The notes beneath the pieces were generated by a model. It did no database searches. It was not told the DNA's origin and saw only the letters and a list, made by a program, of their open reading frames with translations. A stretch of 64,000 nucleotides of DNA from Marsupella aquatica (Eukaryota > Plantae > Marchantiophyta): assembly GCA_973895155.1 (NCBI GenBank), contig OZ316894.1:8518234-8582233 (forward strand), given 5' to 3'. Position numbers and translations under genes: made by a program. How positions within the stretch are numbered: position 1 is the stretch's first letter; every line of letters begins with the position of its first letter. Of the stretch, positions 27,001 to 38,929 are shown piece after piece.

Positions 27001-27596
27001 CCATGAAAAGAACGTGCTCCATGCGGTCCTTCTTCTTCCCGGACAAGATTCTCAATCTGTGAGAAAGTTGGCATGTTCTCCCGTCCTGCAAGAACAGCAC
27101 CGAAAGTCTCCCAACTGGGAGGAAGAGCATCGATAATAACACCTTGTAACTCTTCATCAGTGAAATTGACATCCACAGCAGCAAGATCGTTAAGTAATTC
27201 ATTCACAGCACTAAAGTTAGTGGTCATGGAAGCAGATTCAGGAAATCTCAGACTGAAAAGCTTCCGCTTGAGCACAGCACGACGAGTGGTAGTGTTGCCG
27301 GCACATGCACGGCGAAGTTCACCCCACAATATTGTTGGATCATCAATGCGGACATATCGAGGTAGCATCTTGTCCTCTATTGCCTTAGTTAACATATACA
27401 AGGCCTTGTTTTGAGCTGTGCGACGCTCAGCAGAAGTAGGATTGAGAGGATCATTCAGATTGATGGCCACTCCTGGGAGATTCTCCCTCACCACGTACCA
27501 AATCCTCTCTTTGATAAAACTCTGCTTCATCTTATAAGACCATAATGGGTAATTATTCCCATTAAGCTTCTTGTCCTTGGACATGGAGAAGTTCAA
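24001..27596 (-). pseudogene. Copia gag-pol (gag, CCHC knuckle, protease, integrase, RT N-terminal part)
   Basis: KLNGNNYPLW, CFTCGDPTHIARTC, WIFDSGANTH, LWHRRLGH, LVHSDVWGP, LRTDRGGKY, KARLVAKG, GIDYFETFAPV, HVDD. Frameshift near 25050 and stop at 24440. Confidence 0.95.
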
Positions 27597-27782
27597 GTCC
27601 TAATTCATGGTGACCGACTAGTATAGGAAGATAGTGTGCAACAGCTATACAGGGAGCTCTCACCTGTGACGCAATACCTATAAAAATCTCCAAAGCTAAA
27701 GCCTAAATGAGCGGTATTTACCAGCTCAGACTAAGAAAGAAGACTAAAGAAAGGCACAACCCGCAGGTGTTGTCCTGGGGAG

Positions 27783-27794
27783 GCTCTGATACCA
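27783..27794 (-). promoter_or_regulatory. PBS for initiator tRNA-Met
   Basis: TGGTATCAGAGC on the minus strand, adjacent to the 5' LTR. Confidence 0.93.
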
Positions 27795-28125
27795 TGTAAG
27801 TTTCTGATATATTGATACGAGAATGACTGCCGAGGGGAAGAGAGGGGCCCCACATAAATACATGTCAGTGAGACATACGGATCAAGAATGATCGATGGTC
27901 ACAAGAGAAAGGCAGATCAATCTACGATAAAAAAGGCAAAGTACAACTAACGATCAATGTGATCACTAAATACAATAGTGGATAATGCGCCGGGATAACC
28001 GGCGTAATGGAGCTAGGACAAACTGAGTAGTGGAGCTGATCCGAGTGGGATCTCCAAATGATGCTTTGGCACTTGGGAGCGTAGATCCAAGTAACTTCCT
28101 ATGAAAGGCTAAGTTACTGTCAACA
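27795..28125 (-). repeat. Copia 5' LTR (331 bp)
   Basis: Near-identical to 2456-2786 and followed by TSD TACTG. Confidence 0.95.
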
Positions 28126-28130
28126 TACTG

Positions 28131-28973
28131 AAATTGGTTCCGCCCAACGAGTGGGCGTGAGGTTCTGGCCCTTCTCGAGGAACGGTACGGACTCACCAGC
28201 GGACCGTGGGGGGTTTGTGCTGCACTTGCTCGAGAATCTCAACAGGAGAGATATCCTTCACGTCAATATCATTGAGCCAAGAGCTGACGGGGGCAATGGC
28301 ATCGATCACTCAGCAGAGGTGCACACTCGTATCCTCCTGCTTTCAGTTGGTGAGATGTGTTCAAAAATGAAGTTCTGGTTTTCGGTGATGAATTTCTGGT
28401 TTGGTCGATGGATTTGTACCGTAAAATTGTTCTACCAACCAGAATTGAATAAGATAACACTTCCAGAATTGTGATAAGGGGTTTGCTTTAAACGGGCCGA
28501 CATATTCAATCGTCAGAATTACACTTGAAATCTCGTCAGGACAAAGGAAAAGGCAACGGGCCAAAGGTACGTAGTATGGACCAAGTGCTCAGGTAAGTAT
28601 CATGCAAGTACAATAATGAATGAACGAGAGAAATCAAGGCAACTTTCACAAACATGGTGAAAGTTTTCAAGTGTAAAAGACCGAGTGAATAACTCCAATG
28701 GAGGATGTGTGGCGGTGGTGCAGTTGAAGATTGTTCGAAGGCGCGTACTTGGGAGCTGGAGGTTACACTAAGGAGACAGGAAACATTGCCATAGCCGAAG
28801 GTACAGTAGATCTGGTTTCGTTTGGACATCTTTTCTTGGCCAACACGGACCTGCCCAGAGGTGTGCCTCTCAACAAGTACAACAGGAGCACATTCTACAT
28901 CCCTGGCCCTGTTATGGGGTAGTGTGGGGTACAACACCTACCCATTCTTAGAAGACTTGGAAGGCGCATGTTG
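28131..28973 (+). pseudogene. OPR: OPR pseudogene, 3' part
   Basis: Joins across the copia as VIT-EIGSAQRVGVRFWPF...IIEPR. Last exon reads FEGAYLGAGGYTKETGNIAIAEGTVDLVSFGHLFLANTDLP..PLNKYNRSTFYIPGPVMG*, then frameshifted YNTYPFLE. Confidence 0.88.
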
Positions 28974-30139
28974 AATTTATTGTCAAGGTCAGTCAAAAGA
29001 TGTTTCCCCGCCCACCATGCAAAGTGAAAGTAGGAGACGATGAATTAAGTTTCTTGTAAGCTAGCTAGTGTTCACGGCAAGTATTTTTCATCTGCCCAGC
29101 CGCCGAGCTTCTAGGTCTGGAGTGTGTTCATCTAGTTGGGTCAATCTGAAATGTGTATCTTGAGTGCCCTCCCATCCTCGAGTAATTTTTGCCGTGGGAC
29201 TGGGCCTTGAATCATGAAGTGACTCGAGAGCTTTACCTGGCCAATTTTTGGAAACATGTCATAAAATTTCTTTTTGCATCCTAAACGCACAATCCAGAGG
29301 TCTTTTTCAAGATTCAGAGTGGGCAAATGAGCTGATCAAATTCGTTTGGGTGTCAGAGAATCATTGTTAATCGGCTTGAGAACTTCTCTGATTAGCCCGA
29401 CTGAAAAACACACTCTGATCATTTGCTCTCATTCATGCTACGTGAAGGCTGAAAACCTTTTTCTGTATGGATCAAAATGAATATTCAACAACGTTACTGG
29501 CACGGCTTCTCTCGTCCTCTTACGCACAGCTCGAGCCTGAGTGAGGAAACGTATTTGGCAGTAGTCACAGCATATTACTAGTAGCGCTAGCTTAAATTCT
29601 CATTTTGGATTTTTGAAAAAGCTAAGACTGATTTGCAGACAAGAAAGTCATCTAGTAACTCTGGCATAGTCGGTCACATTTAGTTTTGTGAGGGACTCAA
29701 CAGTCATGCACATTGGAGGGCCACGTTAGTGCACGAATAAGCTTCTCCCGGGGCAGCTCCATTTAGTTTCGCGAGGGACTCAACATGCACATGGGAGGGC
29801 AGCTCCAATACGGAGCATTCTCAATTGTGGATGAGACTTTGCGACACCTCACCAATGGACCCAAAAAGTGGTTTCGTCAGTGCTCTTTGCCCCTAGCCTT
29901 TATGGAAACTCTAATATATCAACTACTTTACAAGTAATATATAGTACAGTCTCGCGCTTTATTACATCTAACAACACAGTTTGATGTTTACAGTCCAGTA
30001 AAAACTGGAAATGCAGACATAGCCGAAGGAGTAGAATGAAGTTATAGCCAAATTAAGACCTGTAAACGAAACTTCTCCACACTTCCAAGCTTGAAGAGTG
30101 TTGAGATCCCTTCCTTCCATAAATTTACAATTTCCAGGC

Positions 30140-30560
30140 TTACTTTATTTATCAGAGACCAACGAGAGAGGCCCCTTGGACAGGCCCTTACTAGCGAAAG
30201 AAGGGTGTAGTTAGAGCTTCAGTTGGTTTTGATTTAGTGGGCCCCTACTAGCCAAAGAAGGGTGTAGTTAGAGTTTGGCTTTGATTAACTAAAATTCACT
30301 TGACATATGACGTTGAGCTTTCGAGTCTTTCTATATTTATCAGAGACCAAGGCTCTAATTAGAGCTTGGTTGTAATTAACTCAAATGCACTTGACATATG
30401 ATGTTGAGCTATCCAGGCTTTCTTAGACTTCCTTTATTTATTAGAGACCACCGGGAGAGGCCCCTTGGGCAGGCCCTTACTAGCCAAAGAAGGTTGCAGT
30501 TTTGGCTTTGATTAACTAAATTTCACTTGACATATGATGTTTTGGTTTTCCAAGCTTCAA
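30140..30560. repeat. Degenerate local direct repeats
   Basis: AGAGACCA..GAGAGGCCCCTTGG.CAGGCCCTTACTAGC and TTCACTTGACATATGA blocks recur 2-3 times. Confidence 0.7.
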
Positions 30561-30833
30561 TTTGTATATGCACGTAGAATACCCCACATGGGACGTTTAG
30601 ACAGGGATAATATGCACTGTATTTGTGTCTATAATTTTATTCCCAACAGCAGGCTCCTTCTACTCATGTGGTAACGGCAGGGCTGCCACCGCTAGGATGC
30701 CCTGAGAGAGCATAAAGTACGGCTAGGATAACTGATTTGACATGCTTGTATTATAGTAGACGTCTTGTCTCGAGCAGCATAACCCAAATGCTAATGCACC
30801 TTTGTTTTATAGAATATCAGGAAGCTGGTCTAA

Positions 30834-30975
30834 TCATGAGGGTAGTCTGTTATTATGGTGTTGGACCCAAAGTTTTTATGAATTCCTTTTTTGCTACCCG
30901 GCCCATGAGGGTAGTCTGTTATTATGGTATTGGACCCCAAGTTTTTATGAATTCCTTTTCTGCTACCCAGCCCGA
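30834..30975. repeat. ~70-bp tandem duplication
   Basis: CATGAGGGTAGTCTGTTATTATGGT...TGCTACCC.GCCC occurs twice. Confidence 0.85.
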
Positions 30976-31048
30976 CCCAGCAATGTATGGGAACAAGCAA
31001 AGGGCAGAAAGAAAATAATATTGATCTTTTTGTTTTCGTCCAAAGGCC

Positions 31049-31700
31049 TCGTTTTTTTGTGATCACAGCATCAAATAGAGACTCTGATTTTTCTGCGGAA
31101 GCTGGCTTCAAATATTTCATTTTACGCGCTTTCTCCTAAGGAATATTATTGTTTGGTTGTTCCATGGGTTTACTGGAGTTACCAACTTTGAAGAATTATT
31201 TAGCTAAGAGCTAAGATTTTCATTGGATATGAAATCACTTTGTTTGGTGCTCAATCTAGTGGTATCTTTATGGGAATTTTATTTATTGCTGTAAATTTTT
31301 TATTCAAGATCACTGCAGTTCCTTTTTGGGCTACCGTTAGACAACCTATGGGTACCAGCAGATTGCAGCCAATCTCAAACTTTCAGGGCACCCTGTGCGC
31401 CGAGCGTGGAGAACTCATCACTACCTCGTGAGAGCATTGAGACCATAGCATGTCACAAAAATGAGGTTGAGAGCTAAATAGTTTTTTGCTACTCAATAGC
31501 ACCGCGTGAGCGCTAATAGTGTGATTCACACCAGATAAGCCCACCTGGCAAATCGAAGTTATCTTCTTGTCAACCGGCTACCCAGTTCACCCATCGAAGG
31601 GTAAACGCACAAACACATAATGGCAAGGGCAAGATGCGTAAGCCTCTACGGAGGTCGAGTTTTGTGATGGTTGCTCACAATTAACTCTAATCGGCGGTGG
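31049..31700 (+). pseudogene. nad2: NUMT: mitochondrial nad2 exon fragment plus start of group II intron (nad2i709 position)
   Basis: [35 protein letters not shown]...GYEITLFGAQSSGIFMGILFIAVNFLFKITAVPF. From 31328, GGGC... followed by intron-like CAGATTGCAGCCAATCT and AACTCATCACTACCTCGT. Contains stops and indels. Confidence 0.85.
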
Positions 31701-32074
31701 TGAGCAGACAGCAAGACCAAATACTCTTGTTCCATTCAAACCCAAGATTCATTCAACAAGTAGAGGGAGGACGTTCCACGCTAGAGGATAGATCTAAACT
31801 CAAAATATTATTGATAATCAGCTTTAGAATGAGGCACATTATGATACATACTTCATCGTGTACTGAACAATATTGCACTGCACACCAGTTCATGCAAAAC
31901 ACACAGTAGGGTAGTTCACAACGTCCTTGGGTCCAACAAAAGAAACATCACATTCACTGCATCCTGATCTGGAATTAGGGTAACACCACATTGGCCTCTG
32001 TATCCTTGATTTTCCTAGTTCATACCAGCTTCTGGACGGCTACAAGATAATAAACATCCAGCGCAATTCTTTAA

Positions 32075-32831
32075 ACCACGCATCGGGGTATATAAAGGAG
32101 CCTGGTACTGTACGACCATAAATGCTGGGCAGGGCTCAGGGAAGTCCAGGATCGGGCCGGAGGGATGGCTCAAACTTCCAAAATTCACTAATATTTTTTG
32201 TAAAAAATATTTACTCATTTTCATAACCGAAAACACCCAACTGTAGATCTCTTCGAGATCTTTCTTTTGCACCCTAGATCGCCTTCTAATGTGGACAGAC
32301 AAGATTTTAAGACGCAACAAACAATAAACAGCAGAGATTGCAAAATCAACGAATCGACGGCCAGGAGGGTTTAGATTTGTTTTATTTTTCATTTGAGAAA
32401 TATAAACCCATTTACAAAACGGAAAAAACTCATCCATAAATCTACTTGAGGTCTTTCTTTTGAGCCATAGATTGACCAATATGATGAACGGATGAGTTTT
32501 GTGGAGGCAAAGCAATCAGGCGGCTTAGATTGATCTTCCCCCCAAAATTCAAATTTTGAATCCAGCCAATCAGAGCCCACCATTCGTTTTTCCATCATTT
32601 CTCTTGAAATAATAAACCATTTTGCGTGAATTTTTTGGAGACATAGATCTCAATGAGACCTACGATTTGAGCCATAGATCGCATCCTATGGCTGAGGGTA
32701 GGCACAGCTACGAGTGTCGATCGGACGGTAGAGGAGAGGCGCTGCTGCATAGCCCGTCTTTGTGCTGGATGGATACAAATTCGTATGGGGACTCCGCATT
32801 ACGCGAAGCCTCTTATACCCAGATGCGTGGT
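32075..32831. mobile_element. 757-bp MITE with TIRs flanked by TTAA
   Basis: TTAA|ACCACGCATCGGGGTAT ... ATACCCAGATGCGTGGT|TTAA. A homologous partial copy lies at 53541-54010. Confidence 0.85.
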
Positions 32832-33505
32832 TTAACCAAAGGTGAAGATGGGAATGACAGATCAGCTTTCTGGTAAAAACATGTGTATCGACGGTCATAA
32901 GCTGATTAAATACCACACGCAATTCTTTAGACATTCGAGACACCGAAGGTGGCCAAAAATATCAAAACAACATTTTAGTACATCTGTATCGACCTACACA
33001 CAAGCAGTAAGGATAAACTCCAGTGTACAATCCTATGTTAAAATTTGGGTCTCTTCAAGTACAAGTAGCATCCAACGGTAAACAGCCCTTGATGACTGCT
33101 TCATTCAGAAAATTATGTTGTACAAGCGCTTCCAACCCCACATTCGTAGCTCATCACTCAGCCTATCTAACAGAAATGACGCAACAAAATTTGCTGCAGG
33201 CAATCTCAAACTTGATCCACATCTTAATCAGATAGGAAAGCACATTGGCAACAGCAGACAGTGTGAAGCTGCAGGAATATCCTGTACAGAGTCCCCTTCT
33301 GTAAGTGGGAAGAATCCTAACAATGTAACCAAAATACCTCATCAACAAAATGCATTGTTCCAAAGATGTATGCAGGCCATCTATTGAAGACCCGTGTCGC
33401 GAAAATAGGTGTTCTTTTGAGATTCTTGAGACAGCAAATTTGCGAAAGTGTCCTTCCACGTCAGCTCGAACTCCACCCAAGCATAATGCCGGCCTCCAGG
33501 AAGTC

Positions 33506-36500
33506 TCACAATATAGAGCAGCATTGATTAGTTTTCTTGGCTTGCTTGTAGAAAAGCTGCCATTCCACATTGAATTAGTGGGACGTTGTTCATACGAAAA
33601 ATTCGAAATAATACTGAAGTAACGAAAAACATTTGTGGAGATCTAAGGAAAGCTACAGATAGGATGTAGATAATAACGCTTAATGTCAAAACCAACGACA
33701 ATCGCACTAAGACTACAAAGTTCAAAAAAGTGACCTAAACTTCCTGCACGGGGAACAGCATCCTTATATTACAGCATACATACCTGAGACGCAGCACTAA
33801 GATCTGTGCTTTTATCCACCAAAGTGTCGAGTTTCTCTCCCCTCGCAAGTACACTGTCAATCGTCTTATGCTGCAGTCAAGACAAACTTCATAATAAGAA
33901 AACATTGGCAAGCAGGTACACAGATGAAAGCTGGAACCACAGAGTATGTTGCTACTCATCTACGGAGAAATGCCCGGAAGGAAAAGAGTCAACCCATGTA
34001 TCTGCCATGAGAAGAGGAAAGCCCTGTAGTTGAAACTTACCAAAATAATTTTTGTTTCATCGAGATCTTTCTGTATTTTCAGGAGCTTATCTGCCTCAGT
34101 TGGATTCTACGAACAGACAACGATAGTAAAAACAAAATCAGAGCCCGACAGAGACTGGAAAGTACAAAGTACTCGTGACAGGGAAAGGGTTGGCGATATA
34201 TGTGGCATTGGAATATCTTAGAAGCTATCTTTAATAAATCTCTGATTTCCTGCGATGGAAAAGTTTCATTCGGATTTACAAATATTCGGAAAGTACTCCT
34301 ACAGGAGGATACAGGCATCAGACCATTCAAAGTACAAACAGTCCAGAACAGATCCTCCTTGCGTTTAGAGTCATTTTTCCATACATTGATATGTTGAACT
34401 GATCAAACTTGAGTAAAGATACAACTTGAAATATTCTCGTCCTCAGAAATTCCGGGGTGCAACGCACCTGATATCTTTGAAGAGCCTCAACCAGATAAGG
34501 CCAAGGTTCAGCATTATCAGTCGTCTGCCGTTGCCAAGAATTGCCAAATTTTTGTGTGTACTCGTCCAAAACCTGCACATCCGAAATATCTTTCAGACTC
34601 AAAACAGAAACACGCAGTTAATCGATTACCAGATTGATAACATCATTACTAAATCATCCCTTTATCTCTGATTCAAATCATCCACTTACTGAAGTCTACC
34701 CATATCATTGAGATAGATTGAAGTAAGCCACAGTATGTAGCTCACATCTTTTCTTGAAACAATAGAGTAAAATTAAATAATATGTTGATGAATAGAAGTT
34801 AGCGAATGGAGGTGTAACCCTCGGGCAATACACTCCTTTCGAAATGAGCATAACACAGAAGCAACCCCCTCAAACGTGACGCAACATGCTCGACGATACA
34901 AAATAGTGTATAAAAGCATCTGATCATTCAGTAGGAACTTACTTTACAAAAAGTTAAATCCTCCCCATGCCCAATTTATTCACTGTTACAATTGCAAGTC
35001 TGTGTATTTGAAATTGTACTCCAAGTAACATATAGTCTCATAGCGGAAAGTGTAGTTCTCATTTGCAACTAAGTAGGTGCCGACAGAGAGGCATTTCACT
35101 CTCGAAGGCAAGAAGTAGACATTCCCATCTCTTTTTAGGTTGAAGCAAAGCTTTCTTCTTCGACAGGTTTTCAAATCTTAGACAGGTCGCAGAAAATCTC
35201 AGACAAAGTACCTTATTTATCACTGAGAAAGCACTCCGCATTGGGTAGTCTCTGTCCACAAAAGCAAGTCCGCATAGTCCATTCCTGTTATAGCAATGAA
35301 CCATATATTCTGCACAAACAATGACAACAGGTGTTCATACATTAGCAACGACTTGGTGCTCCCACACATCATCCATGACGTGCTATGATGGAAAGTAGCA
35401 CAACATCCACAAAATAGAATATTTGCTACCTCCAATGCACCGCAGAATCCTCAGATCAAACAACAAATGCAGAACGGTCTGCAACCAAATATGGAACGGG
35501 ACACTCTCCACTAGCGTATCAATTTGACATCATCATTCAAGCGTACTTTAATACTTAAGACCTGCAGTTTCAAAGTGGCATTAACCCTGTGATTTCAGAA
35601 CTTCGTAGTCTCAACCAAACCGCTAGTCCTTTCATGTGGAGGTGAAATGCGAGGGTTTGACCCGTACTGGAGGGGATTGAATAGGCTCATTCGGAAGAGT
35701 CACTCGGCTTCTGTATAACACTTTGGTAACATACATCGGAATAGTCACAACAAAGTCAATGTCATGGAGCGCCTCTTGCATTATTTGCTTCAAAGCAGTG
35801 AGCAGCCCCACAATGCCAACATGCATTTACGAATGCACTAACTCTGACGCCAAGACATGTTTCTATGAAGAAGCTGGTAGCAGGCTACTAAAGACATTTA
35901 AAATTGTTCAACGGAGGACCGCTGAGGTATGTTCTAGTGGCATCGTCGTCCGTTAATGAACGGAAAGAGCACACACTGATCTGCAGTCCGCAGACTTGAA
36001 AGGTTGACAGCAATTCGCAACTACTGGACAGAATCCATCCCAAACAGAGGCAAAAGAGGTAAATTCCCAGTAAAAAATAACCTGCCCGATCCGACAATCA
36101 AATGGGAGCGACAGATCAAATCCGAGCTGTCACTCTTGGTCAAGACCCCGCGAAGTTTCAATCCATGTGAAGGACAGAGACCAGGAACGATTAATAAAGA
36201 ATAATTCAACCAGATTGCGGGGCTAGAAGTCCCCCGCAGGGAGCGCAATTCAAGATAACAACCAAGGAGGCCTTCAGATCTCAGCGTCAGCAATTGCAAC
36301 CCTGCCATGCACAGTAGAGAATCCCCTAGAACCCAAACCTAGATTGATCGTGGAGCAGGATACAGCAGAGAGTAACGCGCTTCCTTACTAACCATCTTGC
36401 TCCACAGATTGCCGCCGGCCATTCGGAGTACGGCTCGCAATAGTGCGCGCAACAAAAAGAATGAACTCTTTGGCTGGACCCCGCTGAAAGAACCCGAACT

Positions 36501-36591
36501 GGCTCACATCCGACGCATTTGCCAGAACGACCGGATTCACTTTCTCTCCATCTGGAACAGCTCTCAACACAAGAATGGACGTCACCTTCAT
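33506..36591 (-). CDS. YKT6: YKT6-family longin R-SNARE (YKT61-like), 6 exons
   Basis: Exons 36591-36393, 35309-35212, 34572-34468, 34106-34041, 33870-33784 and 33556-33506, all GT-AG. Protein runs MKVTSILVL...[13 protein letters not shown]...[33 protein letters not shown]...[10 protein letters not shown] (CCAAX). Confidence 0.96.
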
Positions 36592-37389
36592 CTCTTTCCC
36601 TCTCCCTCTGCTCCCGTCTCTGCTCTCTCCAACTCAGTGCTCCCCTAATCTCCTTCGAAAGGCCCCACCGACAAAGTCCGATATCCCGCAATTCACAGAC
36701 CAGCCGATCGGTTCCGTTCCGTTTCCCTGTGCCCGTGCATCTACCGATTCCTTCCTCGCGCTCCTCGTCCCTCCTCCCCTCTCTTCCAAAATTTTCAAAA
36801 CCTATTTACTCTTGTTCCATACCCTGAAAGCTCTCGATCTTGCTTGCTTGCGTGCTTGCTTTGCTTGTTAGCTTCCTCGCTACGGTGCCGTAATTCGCAA
36901 ACCAAACGGAATTGTGATTCGATGAAGAAAAGACCAATGTGCCACCGCTCCGTCCAATAATGGAGGAGCAAATGGATCCCCGCCTGCCTGTCTTCTTTCT
37001 GCCTGTGAGCGATCAAGTGATCAAGTGCCTCAGCTTTCCTTTGCTCTGTGCCTTCCTTTGCTCTGTGCTTTCCTTTGCTTTCCTTTGCTTTCCGTGAGGG
37101 GAAAGGCTCGAAGGCATCGATGAAGGGGGAACGTGTAGACTGGACAGCCGTCGCGCTCTAAGTGCGCAGTCGATAAGTGCACCCTGGATAACTGCAAGAC
37201 GAGACTTCCAGTCCGTTTCTCTATAAGTGCACAATGTACCAGGTGATGATGATTGTGTATGTCCTTGGTGGGTGTACTAAATGATACTAAATGATTATGA
37301 GTACTTTGAAGCTAATCCAACGGAGCTCTTTGAGTTGTATTTTGTTATGTACTAGCCTCAGACTATCTATTCTTTGAAATTGAAATAGT

Positions 37390-37640
37390 TGGAGTACAAT
37401 AATAGTACAATAAAAATGTCCCCAAAATATATTAATGAATATATTAATGAAATGATAAAAACTTATGTCATCATTTTAATAATCATACATATCATATCAC
37501 CTTTTCTATGCACATCCCTTGTTATATGCACTCTTTTCTATGCACATCCCTTGTTATAACATGTATGCTATGGCAGGGCATAGAGCTCATGTCTTAATAT
37601 AAATTAAAAACATGCCAAAAACCATGTATGATTATCATTT
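37390..37640. repeat. AT-rich dispersed repeat, second copy at ~52960-53180
   Basis: Shared AGTACAATAAAA.TG..CAAAATATATT...CATTTTAATAATCATA...TATGCACATCC blocks. Confidence 0.65.
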
Positions 37641-37836
37641 GACATAAATCATAGTCATGAGTTTTCCCACCAGCATGATGAGTCATGGAGTTACGATCTA
37701 CAGGCTTCACTCTAGAACCCTAGGCCCCAAGTCTAGCTTGTAGTTGGCGCTTTAGTACATAACAAAATAATAATTCCCCCATACTTGGTGCCCCACTGAG
37801 TTTGCCACTTAATTTTTTCATAACTGACCAGACAGG

Positions 37837-38912
37837 TTGTTTAGGCAGCTCGCTAGGATGACAACATATTTGGTTTTCAATCTTGTGGAGCTTGTCCCCC
37901 CACACCCAGTGTTTCATAACAATTCGTATGTTGAGCAAGCACCAATAGTTCGCCAGTTGGCTATTTGCCTAGACATGCTTAGGCATGATCGATGGGAATG
38001 GAACATGCCTGAACCACATGATTCCTAGAGGGGGGTCAGCAATTATGGCAGACTAATTAATTTGAGCTCTGGAAAGTGTGCTAATTAAAAGGTTATATAC
38101 AATGGCCTACATCACAAGAATGTGTTGCATTGAGCAAGGAGTTTGCTCCTTGTGGATTCCCTGGTTGTGTCAGGCTTATAGATGGAATTTTGCTTCATTT
38201 GCCCATGGGGAATGCTACTATGACAGGAAGAGCACATACCCAGTTAAATGTACAGGTGGACTTTGATAATAGGAGGCGAATAATTTATATGTTCTCAAGT
38301 GATACAATGCAGCCATACTGTTATTTCCAGCTTTTTCAAATCTTGCACTCTGGTTGCTTTTCATTACATGTTTGCCTTTCCATTTGTTTCAGGAATGCCT
38401 GGCTCATGCTCAAACTTGACGAGCTGCTTAAGGAAATCATATATCTGGAAGTTTCGCACACATGTAAACAGTAACAACCTGTTTGATGATGGTCAGTACA
38501 TATTGGGTGACAGCGGGTACCAGGCTACACCTCATGTTTTTTGTGCTTCAAGAGAGCGAACATGCATGGTACATGATACGGAGTGGCCAATTGTCGTGTT
38601 ACCAATGAGCATTGCATTGATGTCCTCAAATCAAGGTGGCATTCTTTGAAAGAGGTAAGAACCCAGCTGAACAAGAATACAGACAATGTCTGGCTGGTTA
38701 CATGGGTTACTCTATGTGGGAAGTTACATAATTATGTTATTTCTCAGAATGATGAATGGACAGAAGAAGATGTGGCTCTAGGTTTACCAGATGTCCAAGG
38801 AGACAAAGATGTTTGGGGACAACGTGGTCTGGAAGGGTTTCTAGAGGGCATTGTGGTCACAGGTAATGCCTTGCTTGTGAGAATCATGGATCATGCCCTC
38901 ACATTCAATTAA
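37837..38912 (+). pseudogene. PIF/Harbinger DDE transposase remnant
   Basis: FRQLARM...HPVFHNNS..QAP...QLAI, GFPGCVRLIDG, LNVQV.FD, QYILGDSGY, RVTNEHCIDVLKSRWHSL, LHNY. Several frameshifts. Confidence 0.85.
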
Positions 38913-38929
38913 CGACCTAGATGCTTTGT

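Larger units (their letters stand above)
2456..28125 (-). mobile_element. Full-length Ty1/copia LTR retrotransposon, interrupted by a CACTA element
   Basis: Two 331-bp TG...CA LTRs and a 5-bp TSD TACTG (2451-2455, 28126-28130). PBS TGGTATCAGAGC and PPT lie on the minus strand. Domain order is gag-PR-INT-RT-RH. Confidence 0.97.

Noticed and set aside
31321-31328. T instead of C at the last nad2 exon base as evidence of U-to-C RNA editing
   Set aside because: The NUMT is degenerate, and nuclear C-to-T decay explains it equally well.
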